The notes under the pieces were generated by a model. The model searched no databases, was not told where the DNA came from, and saw nothing but the letters and a program-made list of their open reading frames with translations. The position numbers and the translations under genes were made by a program. From an uncultured bacterium (lineage in GTDB: Bacteria > Patescibacteriota > Saccharimonadia > UBA4664): 64,000 bases of DNA. Shown in pieces: positions 9,501-17,603 of the stretch. Location of the stretch: the NCBI GenBank assembly GCA_963720265.1, contig CAVRET010000001.1, positions 5,916 to 69,915 of the forward strand. The letters run 5' to 3'. Position 1 is the first letter of the stretch, and the number at the start of each line of letters is the position of its first letter.

Positions 9501-11218
9501 CGCTTGGGCGGGCAGCAGGCTCCGGGACGCAGCAGACCGGCACGATATCGTTTGTGGACGGTACGAGTGGGACGAATACATATGTTGACACGCTCAACGT
9601 GGCGAGCCTCAGCGGAAACCACACAATCTCGCTGCCGGATGCGGCCGGCACGATTTGTTTGACCAGCCAGAACTGTAGTACGGCCGGGTCGGGTTACATC
9701 CTGTCTCAGAGCTCATCACCCGGAACGGCACAGACCGGTGCTAACTTTAACATCGCGGGTACCGGGATTGCCGGCACCGCCCTGGAGTCGCCGATACTTG
9801 ATACCGCTACAGGTGTTGCACTTACGATCGGCAACACTCACGCGACCGCAATTAACTTGGGTAATACAACCAGTAACATTGCCACCACCATTAACGGTAC
9901 GGCCAGCGTTCAGCCGACGAGCGGGCACGATTCAGGGACGGCATTCACGGTCAAGAACGGCGCCGGTACGACGACTGAACTTCAAGTGGACACGAGCGGC
10001 AACCAAGTGGTGGTTGACGGAACGACCGGGTCGGCCACACTGACGGTGCAAAATACGAGTAGTAACACGAACGTGTTGAACGTGCAGGATTCGAGCAGCA
10101 CGAGCCTGATCGAAGCGACCAATTCAGATAACGTTAATCTAGGCAAAGCTCCGACGGCGCCGTTCGGGAATGCGAACACCGGTTCAGCCGGTGGCTCTGA
10201 TGATGGCGACTTGCTGGCCATAGGCTTTACGACAGGGGTATCAGGTGGCGGTGCGATTTCGTCGATAAGCGCATATGTTAGCGGTGCAGTGGCGGCCTCC
10301 CCTGACAATAAGGGCCAAATTGCAATTTATAGCGATTCTTCCGGTTCGCCCGGTTCGCTGTTGGCGTCGTCGTCACCGATTGCGCTGACTGCCAGCGCGT
10401 GGAATACGTTCTCCATCTCTTACACCTTGATGAACAGTACGCCCTATTGGTTTACCTATTGGGAGAACAGCGGTGCGGGTGAGAATAGGATTGGTCTTGA
10501 AACCCCCACGGTGGGAACAACACTTGACATTGCGCACTCTGCATATGGAAGTTTGCCGGGCACCTGGCCGGGTACGGCGACTGGTCCACTTGGCAACTAT
10601 GACATGTCAATCTATGCGACCTACGCGGCTTCAAGTGAGCCGGCTGTCGAGCTCAACAACAGCACCAATCAAGCCGATTTCGGCTATGGTACTGGTGTGT
10701 ACCTGCAGGGTGCCGGCGCATATTTTTCGAATCCGCAGGGCAACACTGACGCCGAAGCATTTGGACTGGATGCCAGCGTTTCAGGGTCGGAGGCTACCGC
10801 CCTCGGAGAGGGCTCCACGGCTAATTATCAGGGTACGGCCGCTGGTCAAGGTTCGTTCGCGGGACAAGGTTCCCTGGCCCTGGGGCAAAATACGGGTGCA
10901 TCGGGACTTGACGCCACGTCGGTCGGTGGTGGAGCGGCAGCGGTCGGTAATTACGGTGTTAGCTTGGGGGCCGGAGCATCAGCTCCGTCCAACGCCAGTA
11001 TTGCCCTTGGTGTCGGCGCACTCACGACGGCCGTTAATCAGCTGGTGGTCGGCGGGAGTAACGCGGATGGAACCTATATCCAAAATGCCTACTTTGGATC
11101 TGGAAGTCACGGACGGTACGCCTCAGAGCGTGACCTTAAATGCGACCGGTGGTTCGGGTTCGAACATTGGCGGTGCGAGCTTGACCCTGGCTGGCGGTAT
11201 CGGTACCGGGACAGGTAA
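6593..11218 (+). CDS. Giant Thr/Gly/Ser/Asn-rich surface protein, N-terminal part (beta-helix-like repeats); the reading frame decays after about 11,106
   Basis: 1541-aa ORF with an N-terminal hydrophobic signal anchor (ALTAIGLFGVAILAAASPWLA). Internal ~260-aa repeats (…PSGNLIDLQKAGANELSVDYNGN… and …PSGNLLDLQKAGANELSVDTSGD…). The last ~35 aa (HGRYASERDLKCDRWFGFEHW…) are compositionally aberrant. The frame-0 ORF takes over from that point. Confidence 0.6.
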   Translation: MRLPNRFGLNRRFRVRAGKNRRIVAKALTAIGLFGVAILAAASPWLAPGAAAGTGINQTINFQGKLVNTDGTNIPDGTYNMEFKLYTGGNGCVGGGSSPCSGSNVWTEDWLNNNSQGVSVSAGIFQVNLGSITSLPTSVFNNDTVWMSINLGNTNLTCTPFGSCSGDGEMLPFIRFTASPYSFNSLELGGIGANGFAQLSPASAQSGSLNVTGSVQAATSLQAPLVDTATATALDIGTGMASSVTIGQTTTPFLIQGNSTSTFTATNSTNTTTVGFATPTANQTLTFAAESGAQTICTTAAATCNTTYEPYSSTGYLAKNATDTSTVTGTAVTAGNYLYGFTNNSTATTGGVLNLSNGANTGNALYVTASGNPAASTNALVVVNNTAGSPSGNLIDLQKAGANELSVDYNGNVTQNGGTSTTDTVNGQTISAAANFTGTVTATGTIIGGGTFKSADQTAGNTAAVTLTSGNASVGSSLNSGSVTIDSGTPTSGGTAGSISVAPTNSGSVTIGRNGSGAPTIAIEGGSSSSFQINNGTDYSLVQFTAPTAQVTYTLGTNASNTTATICTSLAASCSSTYEAAGSYLLQNPAANDASTSNFAGYQYSFTQSNTGAAGNLSLTNAGTGDALSVSASTNPGATTSALIVANNTNGTPSGNLLDLQKAGANELSVDTSGDIATLGGYTQTGSTANTLTGATTISAGSSSVNGLTVNNNSNFGTNSGTTLTVGINSTPNAKLNVNTGSAVAFRAYEASTYDIGQFAETGAGVGNVNTNATTTVSGGSVSPLFTQYFRVGDAILVNGQLRTVSSIASDTSMVVSTSITSGTNQSYYNGVVGPGTVTTNGTTAIVGSSTTFTTTFQAGDTILINGETNPGTVASITDNTHLTLVNTAATSASGLAYARSEYDRLDIKANGNVGIGTNSSTAALMIQPDGVGQAGFAIQGADGQTALLQQNQDYTGAVLSSFGTNGQLTLGRAAGSGTQQTGTISFVDGTSGTNTYVDTLNVASLSGNHTISLPDAAGTICLTSQNCSTAGSGYILSQSSSPGTAQTGANFNIAGTGIAGTALESPILDTATGVALTIGNTHATAINLGNTTSNIATTINGTASVQPTSGHDSGTAFTVKNGAGTTTELQVDTSGNQVVVDGTTGSATLTVQNTSSNTNVLNVQDSSSTSLIEATNSDNVNLGKAPTAPFGNANTGSAGGSDDGDLLAIGFTTGVSGGGAISSISAYVSGAVAASPDNKGQIAIYSDSSGSPGSLLASSSPIALTASAWNTFSISYTLMNSTPYWFTYWENSGAGENRIGLETPTVGTTLDIAHSAYGSLPGTWPGTATGPLGNYDMSIYATYAASSEPAVELNNSTNQADFGYGTGVYLQGAGAYFSNPQGNTDAEAFGLDASVSGSEATALGEGSTANYQGTAAGQGSFAGQGSLALGQNTGASGLDATSVGGGAAAVGNYGVSLGAGASAPSNASIALGVGALTTAVNQLVVGGSNADGTYIQNAYFGSGSHGRYASERDLKCDRWFGFEHWRCELDPGWRYRYRDR

Positions 11219-14200
11219 CGGCGGCAACATTAACTTTAATATAGCGAAACCGAGCGGGTCGAGCAGCTCGACGCCGAATACGCTTGCTGCTTCACCTGTC
11301 GAGAGCCTGAGCGGTGTCAACGGAGCAGCAACTTTTGAAAATTCCGCCAACTCGACAACGGCGTTCCAGATCCAAAATGCTTCGGGCGTGCCGGAACTCG
11401 CGGTAGACACGAGCGGCAACAAGACCACGCTTGGGCACATTGGGACGAGCAACGCGTTGCAAGGCACATTAGTGCTGAGCGACGGCAGCACGGACAACTT
11501 TGGGGCGACGATTCAAACCACCGGCAGCCTCACCGGTAGCTCGACCTTCCAGCTGAGTGTGACGAGTGCCAATGGAACCTATCAGATTTGTACGACGCTG
11601 TCGGTCTGCTCTGGTTATTCGGGTGGATCCGGTACCGCGATTGTTGAAGCTCCCGCGTCGACCGCTCAGAACACGATTAACCCCGGTGCGACATCGGGCG
11701 TGGTGGCGCTGACGGCGCGCGGAGGTAGCTCCGGCAGCCCAGACATTATTGATGTGATGGATTCGGGCAATACCAAGCAGGACTACTTTAATTCCGCCGG
11801 CTCGCTTAACGTGAACCAGCTGATCCAGCCGACGGCCAACAATACGATTGACCTGGGCGTGAGTGGTACGGCGTTTAGGACCGGCTACTTCGGTACGAGT
11901 GTGCAGACGCCGCTGTTGGATACGCCGAGCGGCACGACGACGCTGGCGGTCGGCGCCACCAGTGGCGGCAACGCGACGGCGATCAACTTAAATCAGAGCA
12001 CGAGCGTGGCAGCCGGCAAGAACTTAAGCTTGGCCAGCGGCACGGGCACGTTTAGCCAAACCTATACCGGGACTTCAACGGATGCACATACCATTACGGC
12101 CAATTCGTTGACGACCGGCACTGGTCTGAAAGTGACGACCAGTAATAACACCGCGGCCAACACGTCGTGGAGTGCGATTCAATTTGACCCCACTAATGCG
12201 CAGGGGACGACAGCGGTGAGCGGCACGAATTTGATCTCTGGGTTTGACGAAGAGTTTACGCAAGCGGCGACGGTGGCCGGTAATAATGAGACGGTGGCCA
12301 ATTTCGCGATTGCGGCCAACAGCGGCTCGCCGGCCGACCAGACCGTGAACTCGATCATTAACCTAGCCAACAACGATACCGCAACCGGCAACCAGATTAC
12401 AGCCACCGACGGCTTGCAGGTGAACGGTGCTAATGTGACAAACGGCATTTACTTTAACGGGACGTTTGGGACGAACCTAATTTCGTCTTCCACCAATAAC
12501 TTTAGCGTCAGCCAGGCCGGCGCGATCGTGGGTGTGGGTGTGAATTCGGGCATGGGTCTCCTGCAGGGCACCGGCGGACTGACGCTCACCGGCACTACTC
12601 AGATTAATGCGACTACAGCCGGCACGACCACAATTGGCAACACTACGGCCGGGGCGATTCAGCTGGCGTCAGGCGGGGCCTCAAGCTTTACCGTGACTGG
12701 GTCGACATTGGCGCTCGGTGGCACCAACTTTAATTTGGCCACGACCGGCGTTATTACTATGCTGGGCGGCACGGGTGGCGACATTACCACCGCGGCTGGT
12801 GCGACTGCGAATGGACTCGTGTTCCAGCCGGGTAATACCACAACGGCGACTTCGACCGGCGCAGGCATGACGATCCAGGGCGGGAATGATTCCGGCGCGA
12901 CTGCGGCGACCGGCGGCCTGCTGACACTCAAAGGCGGCAATGCTACAACTGGAACCACGACGACCGGTGGGGGGGTGACGATTGACAGCGGTTCGGGGAC
13001 TACGGCCGGCGGGGCGGTAGCGATTGGCGGCTCGAATGCGGCTTCGGTGGCGCTGGGGCGCACGGGTATTACGACGCAGGTAAATGGCACGGCGCAGCTC
13101 GGCGGTTCGGCCGGCAGCGGGGCACTCATTAATAATGGGTCCACGACCAATACCGTGGACGCGTTGGGGAACTTTACTAGCAGCGGTTCGATTTCGGCTA
13201 CGCCAACGACAACGGTTGATATTTACACCTATATTTCGATCGCGGAGACGAGTACCGGCATAAGCTTGACCATTCCGTCGCCCACGGCTAGTACCGCTTA
13301 CGGGAAGCTGTTATATATCTCGAATATTGGTACGCAGCCGTTTGGGCTGTTGAGTTCGAATTTGAACCCGGGCTCGACCGCGACATTGGTGTGGGCCAAC
13401 GCGAGTGGGGGAGCGGCCTGGACGTTCGCGGGCGCCGATGCCAATGGTTTGCAGTCGGCCTACAACAACTCAGGGACAACGAACCCGCAGATTGTGCTGT
13501 CGAACACCAACGGTGGCATTAAAGTGCAGGATGCGTCGAGCTCGACGATCACGTACCTGCTGCAGATTTCCAATAATGGCGGCACGAGCAACTACCTGAC
13601 CGTGACTTCGGCGGCGTCGGGGACGTTAGGTACATCCAATATCACGCTTTACGCGACGTCGGCGGGTAATGGCTCGCGGACGATTTCGATTGCTAACCAA
13701 ACCACGGCCGGGCAAATCGGCGACACGCTTAATGTGATTGCGGCGGCGGGTAACACGTCGGGCGCCGGTGGTGCGCTCAACGTAACGGCCGGCGCGGGCG
13801 GCAATGCAGCCGGCGGCGGGGCAGTGACAGTGTCGGGTGGCGCAGCCGGCGGCGGTAATAACGGCGGGGGTGTGGCGACGCTGCAGGGCGGTGCGGCCAC
13901 CGGTACGGGTACTGGTGGCACGACCAACGTGGACGGCGGCGCGGCAAGCAGCACAGCAGGATCGGCGGGCGGCGCGGTGTCGATTGCTTCGGGCGCGGGC
14001 GCTACCGGATCAGGTGCTACCGGTGGCGCGGCGAGTGGCGCGGTGACGATTAATAGTGCGAACGCGGGCGCCGGCGGCGGAACTAGTTCGCCCGGCGGTA
14101 GTGCCGGGAACGTTACTATTACCGCTGGGAATGGCGGCACGAGCACTAACGCGGCGGCGAATGGTAGTGGTGGCAGCATCTTCTTAGTGGCTGGCAACGC

Positions 14201-17200
14201 GGGCACTAATGGTAGCGGTACTGCCGGTACGCCCGGTGTGGTGAGCATTGATTCGCCGGTGTTTACGTCAGTTGCGGCTTCCGCTAGTGGCTCATCCTAC
14301 GCCATACCTCAGGGTGACATTGATAACTATGGAACCGTTGTTATTACCGAGAGCACGTCAGGTGGTACGGTTACGGTGGCTGCGCCCACAAACAATTCCA
14401 CTGGTCATGTCATATATATGATGGCGAGCAACGGGTCGTTAAGCTTTACGCTCTCGCCGTCCGGTGGTCCGAGTGTCAACATGGACCCGGATGACACGGA
14501 AATGCTGGAGTGGAACGGGAGCCAGTGGACGGCGAGCGTTTCCGGCAGTTCGCTACAGCAGGTCTACAACAACACGACGACGGCCCCGGCGTCGATTGTA
14601 ACGACCTCGAACACCAAGACAATTTTGCTGCAGGCGGGCTCCGGTGATGACGCTTCGAACTTGTTTGCGGTCGACAACGGCTTGGGCTCGGCAGCATTGG
14701 ATGTAGATACTACAGCAGGCGTAAACCTGATTCAGAACTCGAGTTTTGAGACCAACCCGTTGCCCGGCTCGGGGGCTGGGGCATGGACAAAGGTTGGTAA
14801 CGCCTCGGCCTCGGTGGCTCGCAGCACTACTTATGCATACGTTGGCTCGGCCTCGCTGCAACTTAACACTACGAATAACTCGGGTGACGGCGTTGAGCAG
14901 GCGATTACCACTAGCACCGGCACGGCGACCGCGTTGACTGCCTCAACGCAATACTACATTTCTTGGTATGCCAACGGCGCCGGTACGGCTGTGCCGAGCA
15001 CCATCGCGGAATACGCATATAATGGCTCAACGTTCTCGGCCTGCACGGGTCTGAACATTACGAGCGGTGCAATTCCGAGTAGTACGGGTTGGACCCGCTA
15101 CAGCTGTACCTTTACCACCGGCTCGGGTGGTACAGCGCCTACGACGAGCAATGCGATTGAGATTATCCAGAATTCGGCACCGGGCGGGACGCGCACGTGG
15201 TACATCGACGCGGTGCAGTTGGAGCAAAACGCGACCGGCCCGACCGCTTTCCGCGAGACGGCGCTGCAGCTGAACGGCCTCATTACTTCGCCGGTGGCGA
15301 TCCAGTCGGCCAACAACTCGGTGTCGGCATTGAGCGTGCAAAATGCTTCGGGCTCGTCGCTGCTCGTAGCCGACACCTTGGACGGCGCAGTGGGGATTAA
15401 CATGGGCGCGCAGGCGATGGTGAACGGCGGCGGCGACTTGCAGTTTGGTGGCAGCGCCAACCGGACGATCGAGGTGGAGTCGGCAGTGGCAGCTAATGCA
15501 AATGGTGGGAATTTAACGTTAGCGGCTGGCCAAGCGAACGGCACTGGCACCGGTGGCACGCTCAACCTTAATGGTGGCACGGCGAGCTCAACGGCTGGGT
15601 CGGCCGGTGGTGGCGTGGCGGTGAGCGGGCAGACCGGTGCGGCTAGCTCGAGTGCTACTGCGGCCGGGGCTGGTGGCGCACTTACGGTTACGAGCGGTTC
15701 CGGGGGTAATGATTCAAGCTCCGGTGCCGGTGGGGCTGGTGGTAACCTTACGCTTGCGGCTGGTAATGGCGGCAGTTCCACCAGCGGCACGAATGGCGGC
15801 GGCGGCAGCATCTTCCTGGTCGCCGGTAATGCTGGCGGCACCAGCAGCGGTACGCCCGGGGTAGTCAGTATCGATTCGCCGGTGTTTACCTCAATAGCTG
15901 CGTCTGCTAGCGGATCCTCATATGCGATTCCTCAACCCGATATTGATGGTTACGGGACCGTGGTTATTACCGAGAGCACGTCGGGCGGTACGGTGACTGT
16001 GGCTGCGCCAACGAACAATTCCACGGGTCACGTTATCTACATGATGGCCAGTAACGGGTCCACTAGCTTTACGCTATCACCGTCAGGTGGTCCGAGCGTG
16101 AATATGAACCCGGATGATACCGAGATGCTGGAATGGAATGGTTCACAGTGGACCGCCAGTGTTTCCGGCAGTTCGCTGCAACAGGTGTACAACAATACCA
16201 CGTCCTCCCCGGCCTCGATTCTGACGACTTCCAGTACTAAGACGATTTTGATTCAAGCCGGGGTGGGTGATGATTCATCGACCTTGTTCTCGGTTGATAA
16301 CTCATACGGTTCGTCGGCGCTAGATGTGGACTCGACGACCGTTAATCTGATCCAAAACTCGAGTTTTGAGGAAAGTCCGTTGCCCGGTTCGGGCGCAGGC
16401 GCCTGGACGAAGGTTGGTAACGCTTCTGCGTCGGTAGCGCGCAGTACAGCGCAGGCCTATTTGGGCTCTGCCTCGCTGCAACTCAATACCACGAACAACT
16501 CAGGCGACGGCGCTGAACAGACGCTGACCAACACCGCGGGCACCGGTACCGCTCTGACGGCCTCTACAACCTATTATCTGTCCTGGTACGCCAACGGCGC
16601 TGGGACGGCGGTTTCAAATACGGTTGGTGAATATGCCTATAACGGCTCGACATTCTCGGCTTGCACGAACTTGAGTATTACAAACGGCGCTATCCCGGCC
16701 TCAACCGGCTGGACGCGCTACACTTGTACCTTTACAACGGGTTCGGGCGGCACGGCTCCAACTACGAGCAATGCGATTGAGATTATCCAGAATGCGGCGC
16801 CTGGCGGGACGCGGACATGGTACATCGACGCGGTGGAGCTGGAGACAGCCGGGAGCCTGGCCCAGACCGATGCCTACGCTGAGGCCAACCTGCAGTTTAC
16901 CGGCAACGTGGTGTCGCCGTTGTCGATCCAAAATGCTACCAACTCGACCACGGCTTTCCAGATTCAAAACGCCGGTGGAACGCAGATGCTGGACGTGGAT
17001 ACGCTGGACAGCTTGGTTGTGATCGGTACGAGTACAAATAATGAAACCTTTGGGTCGACCGGGGAGCCGACATTAGCGGGCACAGCACGGCACGCCAAGA
17101 CGATACAGCTGACGGCTGAGTATGCGGGTGCGGTGCTTGATACGGGCGGTCAAACGAGTGTTACCGGTATTATGACTGCTGCGTTTGATAGCACGCACGA

Positions 17201-17603
17201 CATTGGGTACTACAACTGGACTACGAGCCAGGGCACGGCTCAAACGTACGATATTGTGGCGCGAGTGCCGATTCCATCTGATTGGAGTTCATGGAACGGC
17301 AATCCGACATTCCTCACGCAAGCAAACGTGGGCACTACTACCGGCGTGTCTCTGACTGTTGAGTCGATTTCGTACGAGGTTAACAGCAATCCGACTGGTA
17401 CACCTACAACGGACGCGACCTTCGGGACCTACACGATTACTCCATCGTCCGCTAATACCTGGACCGCATTCAGCGGTAATGCGCTGGCGTCGAGTGGTTA
17501 CGCCGTGGGCGACACTATGATTATTCGCATTCGGTTGAGCGCACTGAGCAACGATTCGGTGGAGATGGGCGATATCACGATACCTTACCTGAGCAAGTAT
17601 TAG
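10473..17603 (+). CDS. Giant surface protein, C-terminal part (Gly-rich beta-helix repeats plus 2x CBM4/9-like modules); its first ~210 codons are non-coding-like, so it is probably continuous with 6593..11218 via a frameshift
   Basis: 2376-aa ORF. Translation becomes protein-like only from about 11,100 (…LDLEVTDGTPQSVTLNATGGSGSNIGG…). Contains GGxLNxxGGxA glycine-rich repeats. Two ~350-aa modules carry NLIQNSSFE…GWTRY.CTF…TWYIDAV.LE, matching the CBM_4_9 beta-sandwich signature. Confidence 0.6.
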   Translation: MRVRIGLVLKPPRWEQHLTLRTLHMEVCRAPGRVRRLVHLATMTCQSMRPTRLQVSRLSSSTTAPIKPISAMVLVCTCRVPAHIFRIRRATLTPKHLDWMPAFQGRRLPPSERAPRLIIRVRPLVKVRSRDKVPWPWGKIRVHRDLTPRRSVVERQRSVITVLAWGPEHQLRPTPVLPLVSAHSRRPLISWWSAGVTRMEPISKMPTLDLEVTDGTPQSVTLNATGGSGSNIGGASLTLAGGIGTGTGNGGNINFNIAKPSGSSSSTPNTLAASPVESLSGVNGAATFENSANSTTAFQIQNASGVPELAVDTSGNKTTLGHIGTSNALQGTLVLSDGSTDNFGATIQTTGSLTGSSTFQLSVTSANGTYQICTTLSVCSGYSGGSGTAIVEAPASTAQNTINPGATSGVVALTARGGSSGSPDIIDVMDSGNTKQDYFNSAGSLNVNQLIQPTANNTIDLGVSGTAFRTGYFGTSVQTPLLDTPSGTTTLAVGATSGGNATAINLNQSTSVAAGKNLSLASGTGTFSQTYTGTSTDAHTITANSLTTGTGLKVTTSNNTAANTSWSAIQFDPTNAQGTTAVSGTNLISGFDEEFTQAATVAGNNETVANFAIAANSGSPADQTVNSIINLANNDTATGNQITATDGLQVNGANVTNGIYFNGTFGTNLISSSTNNFSVSQAGAIVGVGVNSGMGLLQGTGGLTLTGTTQINATTAGTTTIGNTTAGAIQLASGGASSFTVTGSTLALGGTNFNLATTGVITMLGGTGGDITTAAGATANGLVFQPGNTTTATSTGAGMTIQGGNDSGATAATGGLLTLKGGNATTGTTTTGGGVTIDSGSGTTAGGAVAIGGSNAASVALGRTGITTQVNGTAQLGGSAGSGALINNGSTTNTVDALGNFTSSGSISATPTTTVDIYTYISIAETSTGISLTIPSPTASTAYGKLLYISNIGTQPFGLLSSNLNPGSTATLVWANASGGAAWTFAGADANGLQSAYNNSGTTNPQIVLSNTNGGIKVQDASSSTITYLLQISNNGGTSNYLTVTSAASGTLGTSNITLYATSAGNGSRTISIANQTTAGQIGDTLNVIAAAGNTSGAGGALNVTAGAGGNAAGGGAVTVSGGAAGGGNNGGGVATLQGGAATGTGTGGTTNVDGGAASSTAGSAGGAVSIASGAGATGSGATGGAASGAVTINSANAGAGGGTSSPGGSAGNVTITAGNGGTSTNAAANGSGGSIFLVAGNAGTNGSGTAGTPGVVSIDSPVFTSVAASASGSSYAIPQGDIDNYGTVVITESTSGGTVTVAAPTNNSTGHVIYMMASNGSLSFTLSPSGGPSVNMDPDDTEMLEWNGSQWTASVSGSSLQQVYNNTTTAPASIVTTSNTKTILLQAGSGDDASNLFAVDNGLGSAALDVDTTAGVNLIQNSSFETNPLPGSGAGAWTKVGNASASVARSTTYAYVGSASLQLNTTNNSGDGVEQAITTSTGTATALTASTQYYISWYANGAGTAVPSTIAEYAYNGSTFSACTGLNITSGAIPSSTGWTRYSCTFTTGSGGTAPTTSNAIEIIQNSAPGGTRTWYIDAVQLEQNATGPTAFRETALQLNGLITSPVAIQSANNSVSALSVQNASGSSLLVADTLDGAVGINMGAQAMVNGGGDLQFGGSANRTIEVESAVAANANGGNLTLAAGQANGTGTGGTLNLNGGTASSTAGSAGGGVAVSGQTGAASSSATAAGAGGALTVTSGSGGNDSSSGAGGAGGNLTLAAGNGGSSTSGTNGGGGSIFLVAGNAGGTSSGTPGVVSIDSPVFTSIAASASGSSYAIPQPDIDGYGTVVITESTSGGTVTVAAPTNNSTGHVIYMMASNGSTSFTLSPSGGPSVNMNPDDTEMLEWNGSQWTASVSGSSLQQVYNNTTSSPASILTTSSTKTILIQAGVGDDSSTLFSVDNSYGSSALDVDSTTVNLIQNSSFEESPLPGSGAGAWTKVGNASASVARSTAQAYLGSASLQLNTTNNSGDGAEQTLTNTAGTGTALTASTTYYLSWYANGAGTAVSNTVGEYAYNGSTFSACTNLSITNGAIPASTGWTRYTCTFTTGSGGTAPTTSNAIEIIQNAAPGGTRTWYIDAVELETAGSLAQTDAYAEANLQFTGNVVSPLSIQNATNSTTAFQIQNAGGTQMLDVDTLDSLVVIGTSTNNETFGSTGEPTLAGTARHAKTIQLTAEYAGAVLDTGGQTSVTGIMTAAFDSTHDIGYYNWTTSQGTAQTYDIVARVPIPSDWSSWNGNPTFLTQANVGTTTGVSLTVESISYEVNSNPTGTPTTDATFGTYTITPSSANTWTAFSGNALASSGYAVGDTMIIRIRLSALSNDSVEMGDITIPYLSKY
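13700..16900 (+). repeat. In-frame tandem duplication (~1.65 kb unit x2) inside the giant ORF
   Basis: Protein segment 14170-15230 (GGSIFLVAGNAG…TWYIDAVQLE) recurs at about 15800-16850. It is about 90% identical at protein level and about 80% at DNA level. Each copy is preceded by a Gly-rich repeat stretch. Confidence 0.7.

Noticed and set aside
13700-16900. CRISPR-like repeats
   Set aside because: The only regular repeats are long, in-frame coding duplications within the giant gene. There are no short direct repeats with unique spacers anywhere in the window.
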